IMG/VR virus record: IMGVR_UViG_3300027793_000055
Span: 96,001 to 160,000 of that record
Strand: one strand, 5' to 3'
DNA: 64,000 nt
From: a virus
Part shown: positions 47,374 to 55,679 of the stretch, piece by piece
How the letters are laid out: every line of letters starts with the position of its first letter
How positions within the stretch are numbered: the first letter of the stretch is position 1
Translations under genes and position numbers: made by a program
The notes under the pieces: model-generated
Databases searched by the model: none
What the model saw: the letters and a program-made list of their open reading frames with translations, nothing else
What the model was told of the DNA's origin: nothing

Positions 47374-47463
47374 TATTGATCTGTTTGTGGTATAGTGATT
47401 TAATACCCACCCTCCACCACCACTTTTTAACTTTCCCACCAGCTACGGCTGGTGTTTTTTTTT
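47374..47463 (+). ncRNA. Candidate C-rich small RNA
   Basis: ACTATTTA (47361) and TGTGGTATAGT extended -10 upstream; CCTCCACCACCAC single strand; CACCAGC-TACG-GCTGGTG-T9 terminator; no + strand ORF. Confidence 0.5.
47437..47463 (+). terminator. Intrinsic terminator with UNCG tetraloop
   Basis: CACCAGC-TACG-GCTGGTG-TTTTTTTTT. Confidence 0.85.
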
Positions 47464-47551
47464 ACTAGATTATATCTACCGTGTAGCCGGCTATTTACGG
47501 AAACAAAAAGGGAGAAGTGGACACTTTTTTAAGTGACTGTTTTGGGCAGGT

Positions 47552-47773
47552 TTAATCTTCTATTACATTCCCTTTATATAGGGTTAACTGATGATTGGAT
47601 ACATATACAGTATTACCAGACAATAGATCTAGAAAGGTGTACCCTTCTTTTCTGGAATCTTTTTTTAGGGTTTCTTTATAGCTTCCTGAAAAGAATAGTA
47701 AAAGTCTATCCTTTTTAGCGCCTGAGAAGATATGACCTTCTATAGAAACATGTTCATCTAGTAGGATTAACAT
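47552..47773 (-). CDS. Small protein, DLLSG paralog family
   Basis: MLILLD...FLDLLSGNTVYV. Confidence 0.6.
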   Translation of the reverse strand: MLILLDEHVSIEGHIFSGAKKDRLLLFFSGSYKETLKKDSRKEGYTFLDLLSGNTVYVSNHQLTLYKGNVIED

Positions 47774-47876
47774 ATTATATTCTTCTTGTCTCGGCAGGAT
47801 TATAGGATGGTGCTATAGTTAACCTGTCCTTCAATAAAGGCTAGTTTTATATCTTTGTGTCCTTATCTCAGGGATA

Positions 47877-48101
47877 CTATTGAAGGATGATACCACTTAG
47901 TGTTACCAGTTTAACTTGCCATGCATATAGGAAATATGATCTATCTGTTAAACTATTGATTATCCGATATACTGCAACTGTTTTTTGTATATTGTTTTCA
48001 ATATCTTCTTTGTCATTCTCTTTTATAAAAAAGATTGCTCTTTCTTGTGTTTTTAATGATAACTCACCTATTGAGACTGGTCCTTCAAGTAGAATAAACA
48101 T
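47877..48101 (-). CDS. Small protein, DLLSG paralog family
   Basis: MFILLE...IINSLTDRSYFL. Confidence 0.55.
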   Translation of the reverse strand: MFILLEGPVSIGELSLKTQERAIFFIKENDKEDIENNIQKTVAVYRIINSLTDRSYFLYAWQVKLVTLSGIILQ

Positions 48102-48126
48102 ATTTAATTCTTGTGTTCTCGGGAAC

Positions 48127-48348
48127 TTAAAATAGGGTACCTTTGGTAGCAAGAGATTCTAACACTATTACACCTAGATTAATCTCTTTTCCAGAAAGTA
48201 TATCTGTAAACTTGGTGCTATTAATCTTGTTTTTTGGATTTGTTATATAGTGATAGGATGCTGGATTATAAAGTATAACTCTTTCACCTTCTCTGCCATA
48301 AAGAATACCAGTTACACTTATATACATATCATTAACCAATAGATACAT
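48127..48348 (-). CDS. Small protein, DLLSG paralog family
   Basis: MYLLVN...FTDILSGKEINL. Confidence 0.6.
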   Translation of the reverse strand: MYLLVNDMYISVTGILYGREGERVILYNPASYHYITNPKNKINSTKFTDILSGKEINLGVIVLESLATKGTLF

Positions 48349-48363
48349 ATTTAACCTTGTTTT

Positions 48364-48687
48364 CTAGTCTAATATGGTACCATATTTGATTAGTTTTTCT
48401 AAACCATCTGTATATAGACCATAAGTCTTATCTATCAGTAGATCTGTTACTATATAGTAGTGATCTAGATTTGGATACTGTTCTAGATACTTGTATTTTT
48501 CATCCCTCAGATAAAATATTCTTCTTTGAAGTTTATAATCATCATCACTAAAAAGGTGTTGTATGCTAGCATAATCTGAATATGGCATATCTAGTAATTC
48601 AAGATTGTTTATTTCAATTATTATAAACATCCTTTTCTTATCTCGCTTACCACTCACCCTTAACAAAGATTCCAAAACCACCAACAT
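48364..48687 (-). CDS. Small protein, DLLSG paralog family
   Basis: MLVVLE...VTDLLIDKTYGL. Confidence 0.55.
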   Translation of the reverse strand: MLVVLESLLRVSGKRDKKRMFIIIEINNLELLDMPYSDYASIQHLFSDDDYKLQRRIFYLRDEKYKYLEQYPNLDHYYIVTDLLIDKTYGLYTDGLEKLIKYGTILD

Positions 48688-48829
48688 TTTCAGTTTCTTC
48701 AGTCAGAAGTTGCAAAGTATAAGCTGGACACATAGAAGAAAAATCAATACCAACAAAGTTTTCACTGATAATCTCTTTTTGCATCTCGATGATAGCCATA
48801 TTCTGTTCTTCACGCGACTTTGCAATCAT
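48647..48829 (-). CDS. Hypothetical protein
   Basis: 60 aa, GAGG SD. Confidence 0.5.
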   Translation of the reverse strand: MIAKSREEQNMAIIEMQKEIISENFVGIDFSSMCPAYTLQLLTEETENVGGFGIFVKGEW

Positions 48830-48900
48830 ATTTTATAACCTCTTGTTTGTTGTGTGTTTAAAATATAAGAAGCCCCATTAGATGGGGCACTCTTTATATA

Positions 48901-49104
48901 TCAAAGAACTGGAATATTTCTATTGAGATGGGTATAAATAGCACAATATGTATCAAGGTATGCATTCCAGTTTTGTGCATCCTGCACAAGCTGTGCATTT
49001 GTGCTATTTTCATCTTCTTGAAGATTTAAGAAAGTTTGACGCATATGCAGACAATCAAAACTATTAATCATAGAAATAACACCATTGATAACTTGCTTAT
49101 CCAT
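48901..49104 (-). CDS. Hypothetical protein
   Basis: 67 aa, AGGAG SD, downstream hairpin. Confidence 0.6.
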   Translation of the reverse strand: MDKQVINGVISMINSFDCLHMRQTFLNLQEDENSTNAQLVQDAQNWNAYLDTYCAIYTHLNRNIPVL

Positions 49105-49125
49105 ATTATCTCCTATTTCTCTTAA

Positions 49126-49416
49126 TCAGAGGAAAAAGTTTGTATCTACCTTAGACCAGTTTCCATTCCAAGGAACACCATTAAGATGAAGAATGTGCTT
49201 CTTATGATATACTCTAACTCCAGGAAGTCCATTTAGTCTTTCTTTTGTAGTGCTCGTATTCCAGCCACCAGTCTGAATATAAACACCATCATCTCTTACT
49301 TCAATAATCGGTGTATCCCAAAGATAGAGCCTATCACCAATAACTTTTGTATTTTTTGAGCTATAGTTTTTGCCAATAAAAAGACATTCAATCGAACGCT
49401 TGGTTACGAGTCTCAC
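49126..49416 (-). CDS. Hypothetical phage protein (LYLWDTPI...GGWNTSTTKERLNGL)
   Basis: 96 aa, AGGA SD. Confidence 0.65.
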   Translation of the reverse strand: MRLVTKRSIECLFIGKNYSSKNTKVIGDRLYLWDTPIIEVRDDGVYIQTGGWNTSTTKERLNGLPGVRVYHKKHILHLNGVPWNGNWSKVDTNFFL

Positions 49417-49441
49417 ATATATCCTTTTTTAACTTTTGTTT

Positions 49442-49517
49442 TGGTGGATTGAGTGGGGATCGAACCCACGGCCAATAGATTAAAAGTCTACTGCTCTACC
49501 ATCTGAGCTATCAATCC
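49442..49517 (-). tRNA. tRNA-Lys(TTT)
   Basis: GTAGA-CTTTTAA-TCTAT, CCA. Confidence 0.95.
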
Positions 49518-49556
49518 AAATATCCGTTTTTACAGAACGGATAAACTGTTTTTTTG

Positions 49557-49629
49557 CTGCCTAGCTTGGGTTCGAACCAAGGACATTTTGATTAACAGTC
49601 AAACGCTCTACCGACTGAGCTACTAGGCA
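49557..49629 (-). tRNA. tRNA-Asn(GTT), no encoded CCA
   Basis: TTTGA-CTGTTAA-TCAAA, T1-A72, G73. Confidence 0.93.
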
Positions 49630-49697
49630 ATAACCAGAATGACTTTATCATACTGGCTATATTCTGTTAACTATTTCTATTTTGTTTTTTTATATAT

Positions 49698-50054
49698 TCA
49701 CGCTGAATCTGCGAGTGCAGCATTGATCTCGTCTACAGTCATTGTACGAACCTCACCCACATCATTCATAGGTTCTGCAACAGCGTCAGCTTCATTGGTA
49801 TCAACAATAGGCTGAACAGTCAAAGACATAGCAGCCATAAAACTATCGCGATCATAAAGGGCAGACGGCCGGCCGCGACCACCAGAAACCTGCTTTCCAA
49901 CAGGAGTAAGATTAGCTGCTGCCAGCTTCTTCATAAGTGTAGCCTTAGACACGCCGGAAAGTTCAAGCATATCATTAATAGTAAGAGTCTCACCAGAAAA
50001 GTCAGGGTTATTGAAAATACGAGAAACACTAGAAACAACAGCGGTCTGTACCAT
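49698..50054 (-). CDS. Probable HTH DNA-binding protein with RGRP wing/AT-hook
   Basis: LTINDMLELSGVSKATLMKKL...SGGRGRPSALY. Confidence 0.7.
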   Translation of the reverse strand: MVQTAVVSSVSRIFNNPDFSGETLTINDMLELSGVSKATLMKKLAAANLTPVGKQVSGGRGRPSALYDRDSFMAAMSLTVQPIVDTNEADAVAEPMNDVGEVRTMTVDEINAALADSA

Positions 50055-50111
50055 AACTACTCCACTTTATAATACAAAGCATAACGGGCTTTGTTCCGTT
50101 TGGCCACCGTG

Positions 50112-50238
50112 GCCACCAGCACATTCTAACACGGATCGGGCAAAGCGTCAAGCACCATCACCGAGCGGGCCTAAGTGCCTGATCTTGCTCGTGTTTTTAT
50201 TTGTTTACAGTGATCTGCTTATCTGCTGGAGAGATCAG
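50112..50238 (-). promoter_or_regulatory. Early promoter module 4 (71-bp repeat copy A)
   Basis: TTGACG-N17-TAGAAT; TAAGTGCCTGATC; GTGATCT at 50210. Confidence 0.85.
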
Positions 50239-50245
50239 CCTACAC

Positions 50246-50461
50246 TTAATACACTTCTGAGTTGTTTATTAGATATTCTAAAGCACTACCACCAAATACT
50301 ATTTCTTCACCATCCAATAGGTTTGTCAATATGATACTTTTATTGGTTTTACCTTCGATGACATTTTCATATACTTTTATTGGAATCTTATATATCTCTC
50401 TTTTATCTGTGGAAGGATTCTCAAATAATATAAATTTAAAAACATCTTTTTTTGTTATCAT
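50246..50461 (-). CDS. Small protein, DLLSG-like family
   Basis: ILTNLLDGEEIVF. Confidence 0.5.
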   Translation of the reverse strand: MITKKDVFKFILFENPSTDKREIYKIPIKVYENVIEGKTNKSIILTNLLDGEEIVFGGSALEYLINNSEVY

Positions 50462-50748
50462 TCTAGTTTGGCTCCTTCTTTTAGGATTCTACGAATACCT
50501 TGAGTTCGCAAGAAAGTAGTAAAATTTTCATACACATCAAAAACGTGGAAAGTACGTTGCGTTTTACGAGGATTAATAACTTCCTCTTCATAATCACGAA
50601 ATGTTTCATCTAAAATAAAATAAAGGTTTCTTACAATGTATTCTTCTCCTGTTTCAAAGTTCTCGTATCGAGTATCGATAAGATAGTAGCTGCCTTTGGT
50701 TAGATCTAGAATCATTAGCTTACTCGTGGTTATCGATTCTCTTACCAA
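50458..50748 (-). CDS. Hypothetical protein
   Basis: 96 aa, in operon. Confidence 0.5.
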   Translation of the reverse strand: MVRESITTSKLMILDLTKGSYYLIDTRYENFETGEEYIVRNLYFILDETFRDYEEEVINPRKTQRTFHVFDVYENFTTFLRTQGIRRILKEGAKLE

Positions 50749-50974
50749 AACTGACTAGCTGTTTTATTTCTAATGCTGTTAAATACTTTAAAGTATCGAG
50801 CATTAAATCTTCAATCTCATACTCATTGTTTTCTATAAATGAAATACCAAAATCTTCTAAGTCTTCAAAATATGAAATTGGTATCTTGATAACGTGTCTG
50901 ATATCATTAATATCATCATACATATACACTCTAAATCTAACCTCAACAATTGTTTTATCATTTGCATCAGACAT
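50720..50974 (-). CDS. Hypothetical acidic protein
   Basis: Start placed at MSDAND. Confidence 0.5.
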   Translation of the reverse strand: MSDANDKTIVEVRFRVYMYDDINDIRHVIKIPISYFEDLEDFGISFIENNEYEIEDLMLDTLKYLTALEIKQLVSFGKRIDNHE

Positions 50975-50982
50975 ATTAGCTT

Positions 50983-51237
50983 TTAATCCTCGATGCCAGA
51001 AACAATATATAAAAAACTGGATACTACTGTTGTAGTATGACCATTTTGCCAGTATATTCTGGCATACCATTCTTGTTCAAAAGTAAAAACTTCTACAATA
51101 AGTCCTAATAGATTAGGATCAGACAGATATATATCAGCTCTAACTAAATCACCAACAAAAATAGGTTGAGTTTTCCTAGAAAAATGGTTTCCTCTATGTA
51201 CCTTTTTTAGAAGATTATCCTTTTTTGTTTTTGGCAT
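50983..51237 (-). CDS. Small SH3-like protein
   Basis: FVGDLVR...GLIVEV...ARIYWQ. Confidence 0.6.
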   Translation of the reverse strand: MPKTKKDNLLKKVHRGNHFSRKTQPIFVGDLVRADIYLSDPNLLGLIVEVFTFEQEWYARIYWQNGHTTTVVSSFLYIVSGIED

Positions 51238-51514
51238 TTTTACTTATTACAACAATATCTGCTATGCGCCTTATTCTGGCTTTATGTAGTGTCTCTTCTC
51301 TATCTAGATTCTGCCAATAAACTCGCACAAAAGAAAGATTATTTTCATTTAAATCACAATCTTCTATATCCCACGTTGGATACCATTCAGTTTGAGATAT
51401 TTCTTCTAATACTACACCTATTCCTCTTTCTAAAGGATCTCGACCAACATATTCAACTAAATCACCTTTTTGAAAGGAGTTTCTTTTATGTCTTGTGTGC
51501 GTTTTTGGCATCAT
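51215..51514 (-). CDS. Small SH3-like protein
   Basis: FQKGDLVEY...GVVLE...VRVYWQ. Confidence 0.6.
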   Translation of the reverse strand: MMPKTHTRHKRNSFQKGDLVEYVGRDPLERGIGVVLEEISQTEWYPTWDIEDCDLNENNLSFVRVYWQNLDREETLHKARIRRIADIVVISKNAKNKKG

Positions 51515-51524
51515 GTATAAATAC

Positions 51525-51555
51525 AAAGAAGGGTGGCGTAAAACCACCCTTCTTT
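51525..51555. terminator. Bidirectional-type terminator
   Basis: AAAGAAGGGTGG-N7-CCACCCTTCTTT. Confidence 0.8.
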
Positions 51556-51563
51556 ATAATAAA

Positions 51564-52832
51564 TCAACCGTCTGCACAGTCCTTATCAGGAATAGCAATA
51601 ATCTTCTCATTCGTCTGGAAATATGGTGAACGAGCACACGCTTCCGTGGTCATCCACATACGCTGACACTTACTAGCCTTTGGCTTTGGTGCATACATAT
51701 CAGTCAGAACAATGTGGCCATCAAAGCTATTCTTATTCACATAGTCAGTAGGTGCATCAAAGTTAGTACCACCAGAAAGAACGCGCTCACGCTTATGCTT
51801 TGCACCCTTCTTCCATTCATAGACCTTTTCTTCATAAACGGCATCATCGAATGGTACAACAGTAAATGTTGCAATCTCGGCCAGCTTATTCAGTTCAGCA
51901 AAGAAAGCAGCAAGCATACCATCATGCACAGAACCAGATTGATCAATCGAAACTGCAATACGGGCAGTACGAGCAGTCTTTCGACCCGGATGAATATAGG
52001 GATAACGACGATTGATCTTCTTCATCGAGTTAGAACGATCAGCAGCTTGCGAAGTCTTTACAAAATAGCGAAGAATAGACTTCCAATCAAGTTGAGACTT
52101 AATAGAATCCATAATCTGCTTCTGCATTTTATGTGAAACAGAACCCCAACCGCGACCCTCCTTTACTACTTCTTCAACAGCGTCCTGAATAGCTTCCTTC
52201 AATCGTTCAGAAGCAATCTGTCGAGTTACAGAATCAACCTTGTCGCCTCCTTCTGTAGCCCATCCATCATGACTATCAAGAGAGTCAGGCATACCATCAC
52301 CAGATTGTGGTTGACCCTTTCCGCCATTCTTTTCTTGTTCTTCTTCCTTCTTCTCCTTGATAATCTTATAATATTGCTCTGCAGAAAGGTATGGCTCCAT
52401 ATCTGCAAACATATTATTAGTTTCGCCGGTCTTTGGATCAGTATAAGAACGACCGGGAATAACTGCAAATGCAGGAAGTTCATCAGCAATAAAAGAATTA
52501 ATCGCAAGATCGGTTGCGATATTCCAGTTTCTATTCATACCATCTTCAGGCAAACGACCAGTCACATGTTCGAAAAGCAAGTGATAAAACTCGTGCTTCA
52601 ATACACCAAGAATCTCAACCTGTTGGCGTTCTGGATCACCATTGCCAAGAGAATCAAAAAACTCTGGATTATACATCATTTCGAAGTAGCCAGAATCAGG
52701 ATTAACCCGCACACCGGCAGTAGGAACAGCAGTAGAAGGAATCTTACTAATACAACGTGAGATTGCAGCAAAAAATGGTTCCTTCTTAAGCAAGCGGAAC
52801 ATGTGCATATTGAGATCAAAACCAGTGGTCAT
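51564..52832 (-). CDS. DUF2201-like protein: HExxH metallopeptidase domain plus vWA-like domain
   Basis: KHEFYHL, NIATDLAIN, SIDQSGSV (MIDAS), GGTNFD, VLTDMY. Confidence 0.88.
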   Translation of the reverse strand: MTTGFDLNMHMFRLLKKEPFFAAISRCISKIPSTAVPTAGVRVNPDSGYFEMMYNPEFFDSLGNGDPERQQVEILGVLKHEFYHLLFEHVTGRLPEDGMNRNWNIATDLAINSFIADELPAFAVIPGRSYTDPKTGETNNMFADMEPYLSAEQYYKIIKEKKEEEQEKNGGKGQPQSGDGMPDSLDSHDGWATEGGDKVDSVTRQIASERLKEAIQDAVEEVVKEGRGWGSVSHKMQKQIMDSIKSQLDWKSILRYFVKTSQAADRSNSMKKINRRYPYIHPGRKTARTARIAVSIDQSGSVHDGMLAAFFAELNKLAEIATFTVVPFDDAVYEEKVYEWKKGAKHKRERVLSGGTNFDAPTDYVNKNSFDGHIVLTDMYAPKPKASKCQRMWMTTEACARSPYFQTNEKIIAIPDKDCADG

Positions 52833-52883
52833 GATTAACTTCCTTTTATAGTGTGATCTGCTGAATAGTCTCTGCCCATCGTC

Positions 52884-52911
52884 ATTATAGCACGATGGGC
52901 ACAGAAGTCAA
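52884..52911 (-). promoter_or_regulatory. sigma70-type promoter
   Basis: TTGACT-N16-TATAAT. Confidence 0.75.
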
Positions 52912-52953
52912 GTGTTGGCTGGAGTTTGTATATAATACTAAAAATGTTCTTGT

Positions 52954-53421
52954 TTACTGAATAAGATAACCTTTACCTTTTGCAGCAGTAACAACATATG
53001 TCATAAGAAATTTAGCGGCATAACTATAATACTGATCTGTATCAATATCGATATTAAGTTTCTTGGCTAATGTTTCACCTCGACGCCACGCTTCTGTTTC
53101 TTCCTCTATTTCTTCAATAAGGAAGCGCATAGTTTTCAATTTACGTGGATCTTTATCGGCAGCTTCAAGTGCTTTATACTTCTTATTGAAGTTCTTATCG
53201 CGATTTAGAATATGGCCACACTCATGAAGTATGCTGAAAAGCTGATTATGTGACTTAGATCTTTCTGAAAGAAAGACTAGTTTCATTTCAAAGTCTACAC
53301 TATCAACTATATGCTTTGTTTTACCACGAATGACTTTATAGCCACGCTTGGCTAGCCATGATTCGATAATATTTATCTTATCTTGCCAAAAAGAGCTTGA
53401 AACGTCTTTCTCCTTGGTCAT
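52954..53421 (-). CDS. Zincin-like (HECGH) protein, ImmA/IrrE-like
   Basis: ILHECGH...EETEAW. Confidence 0.65.
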   Translation of the reverse strand: MTKEKDVSSSFWQDKINIIESWLAKRGYKVIRGKTKHIVDSVDFEMKLVFLSERSKSHNQLFSILHECGHILNRDKNFNKKYKALEAADKDPRKLKTMRFLIEEIEEETEAWRRGETLAKKLNIDIDTDQYYSYAAKFLMTYVVTAAKGKGYLIQ

Positions 53422-53470
53422 ATTAGTATATAGTGTCTTTTTAAGCATAATTTGACTTTATTTATAATAA

Positions 53471-53507
53471 GTGAAGGGTGATACACTAATAATGTATCAC
53501 CCCTCAC
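53471..53507 (-). terminator. Hairpin terminator after the AAA gene
   Basis: GGGTGATACA-N7-TGTATCACCC. Confidence 0.7.
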
Positions 53508-53513
53508 AGTTAA

Positions 53514-54599
53514 TCACTTCTTGGTAGCTACATCAGAAAGCAGCTTAGTGATATAATCACCAACCTTAACACCATTAATCACAGCCTTGTGGAGTGCAAT
53601 AGTGTTATCCTTTGGAGCGGGGGGACGACCAACATTCTTCCACAGCTTCATTGTGGCTTCTGAAGGAAGCATAAACAAATAGGTAGCAAGATTAGTGATC
53701 TGTTCAGTAGTCAGCTTATCCTGCAAAACCTTGCAAGCATCCATCTTATCGATCAGCTGAATATGCTCATTGAGAGCAAACTTCTCAACAAGATTGAACT
53801 TACCATTATCAATAATATCAGCCGGTGTAACGATTCGCTGATAGTTCTGAATAAAACTACCAAGTTCGATGGCTGCTTCATAACCAATAAATGCAGCAGA
53901 AAGAGGAATAATATCCTTGCTGTATTCGCCAGTCAACAGACCAGCATGCTGCATTACATCATTGCAACGCTTCCAAGAACGTCGTGAAGGATACTTCTTG
54001 TTTGGCTCAAAATCACCATTATTATGCTCAAGATGATTGCGATGATTATTGATAAAGTCCCAGATAACACTGTGGACATTATCCTTAGCCCAAGCAAGCC
54101 AATCTTCGATAGTAGGCTCAACGTCAAAGACAGACCAACGATCAAGTTCCGCCGGATCCATCTCACCAACCTGATACTGTGCAGCGTGCATACCGCCGTT
54201 AACAGCAGCAAAGATACGAGTGCCACGGTGAAGCACATGACCATTCAGCTTACGAGAATCAGTAAGCTCAAAGATACCCTGACGAACCTCGATGGTTGCA
54301 CGATCAACCTCATCAAGAAACAAAACGACGGGATGCTCGCAAGCCTCCTTAAACCAATCCGGCGGATTGAAAGAGGTACGATTACCATTAATCGAAGGCA
54401 GACCAACAAGATCGCCCTCCGTCATCTGTGATGCACGACGTTCAACAACCGGCATGCCGAGTTCTCGTGCAACCTGATACACAAGTTCGGACTTACCAAT
54501 ACCATGACGACCACGAATAAGAATCGGCTTTGCTTCTGCAATAACCGAAGGAATAATGCGATTGAAAGTGGCAAAGTCAACAGAAAGACCAAAGGACAT
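53514..54599 (-). CDS. MoxR-like AAA+ ATPase
   Basis: GRHGIGKS, LFLDEVDRA, FAAVN, MDPAELDRW, PSRRSW. Confidence 0.92.
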   Translation of the reverse strand: MSFGLSVDFATFNRIIPSVIAEAKPILIRGRHGIGKSELVYQVARELGMPVVERRASQMTEGDLVGLPSINGNRTSFNPPDWFKEACEHPVVLFLDEVDRATIEVRQGIFELTDSRKLNGHVLHRGTRIFAAVNGGMHAAQYQVGEMDPAELDRWSVFDVEPTIEDWLAWAKDNVHSVIWDFINNHRNHLEHNNGDFEPNKKYPSRRSWKRCNDVMQHAGLLTGEYSKDIIPLSAAFIGYEAAIELGSFIQNYQRIVTPADIIDNGKFNLVEKFALNEHIQLIDKMDACKVLQDKLTTEQITNLATYLFMLPSEATMKLWKNVGRPPAPKDNTIALHKAVINGVKVGDYITKLLSDVATKK

Positions 54600-54644
54600 G
54601 CGAACCTCTTACGTTATTGTTTGACCGTGAATCGCACCATGCGA

Positions 54645-54761
54645 GCCACCAGCACATTCTAACACGGATCGGGCAAAGCGTCAAGCACCATCGCCGAGCG
54701 CACCTAAGTGCTTGAAACTACGGCAGTTTTATTTAGTTCAGGGTGATCTATCACAGATCAT
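54645..54761 (-). promoter_or_regulatory. Early promoter module 5 (71-bp repeat copy B)
   Basis: 48 bp identical to 50112-50159; TAAGTGCTTGAAA; GTGATCT-N5-AGATCAT at 54743. Confidence 0.85.
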
Positions 54762-54794
54762 CCGCTTCACTATGTAGACACTAAGCACATAAGC

Positions 54795-55040
54795 CTAATT
54801 TATTAGTACAAATTCCCAAACTCCCTCATCTAATAGTTTAACTATATCTTCTTTTTCTATCCAAGTTGTTTTACCTTGTGGCTTCCCATTTAAAAAAGTT
54901 AAACCATAAAACTCTGCATATCCATTATTTTCTTTTAGAGGTGAAGGACCGCACGAAAACCCAGAGACATATACAAGAACATCACCGCCAGACAGAAAAA
55001 AATCTCCTATCTTTATTTCTAAATCTTTTTTTTCTGTCAT
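54795..55040 (-). CDS. Small SH3-like protein
   Basis: IKIGDFFL. Confidence 0.55.
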   Translation of the reverse strand: MTEKKDLEIKIGDFFLSGGDVLVYVSGFSCGPSPLKENNGYAEFYGLTFLNGKPQGKTTWIEKEDIVKLLDEGVWEFVLIN

Positions 55041-55247
55041 CTATATCACCGCTTTAAAATATCTATCTAAAGTACGGACTACCCAATAACTGCTATATAA
55101 AGTATTTTGATGAACAAGATAAGCATGATGTTTATCAGCTCTGATAACTAAAAATAAATCACCTTTTTGACATTTGACTTCTCTGAGTTCTTCTTGACTA
55201 ATGAAAGAATCAATTTGATAGTGTAAGAGTGAACCAACATTATACAT
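55041..55247 (-). CDS. Small SH3-like protein
   Basis: MYNVGSLL...GDLFLVI. Confidence 0.55.
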   Translation of the reverse strand: MYNVGSLLHYQIDSFISQEELREVKCQKGDLFLVIRADKHHAYLVHQNTLYSSYWVVRTLDRYFKAVI

Positions 55248-55248
55248 T

Positions 55249-55455
55249 TTACTTAATCTTTCTCATTTGATGAGACTTTACAATAGGATTACTCTCCGCT
55301 GAAGTAGAAAGAATCTCATAAACAGTTCTCTGTGTTGTATCATAAATACCATCTGTAATATCGTGAATGGCATAAACAATACCAACACCGTTGATTTGTG
55401 TATTGTCGGGTAGCTTACGAGAATATTCGATAAGATCACCAACTTGATATTTCAT
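55249..55455 (-). CDS. Small SH3-like protein
   Basis: MKYQVGDLIEY...GIVY. Confidence 0.6.
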   Translation of the reverse strand: MKYQVGDLIEYSRKLPDNTQINGVGIVYAIHDITDGIYDTTQRTVYEILSTSAESNPIVKSHQMRKIK

Positions 55456-55679
55456 TACTCCACCAAAGGATAATGGACATAAATGTGATAACGAACAAAA
55501 TACTCTAAAATATTTCCAGAGAATACATCTTCTTTACCATCGGGAGAGATATAGAAAGTGTAATATATATCTTTATCATCCTCGTCTATGTCAATAAGAA
55601 GGAAACTTCTAGTTCCTTCTTTGTGGCGTGTATCAATAAACATATCACCGATATTGTAGTTGGTCAAATGCCACTTCAT
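55455..55679 (-). CDS. Small SH3-like protein
   Basis: YNIGDMFID. Confidence 0.55.
   Translation of the reverse strand: MKWHLTNYNIGDMFIDTRHKEGTRSFLLIDIDEDDKDIYYTFYISPDGKEDVFSGNILEYFVRYHIYVHYPLVE

Noticed and set aside
47436-47443. Fourth Chi site (CCACCAGC)
   Set aside because: Explained as one arm of the terminator hairpin
45141-54761. GTGATCT/AGATCAC boxes as CRP sites
   Set aside because: The half-sites match the CRP consensus, but spacing is 4-16 bp instead of 0, so TGTGA-N6-TCACA is never formed
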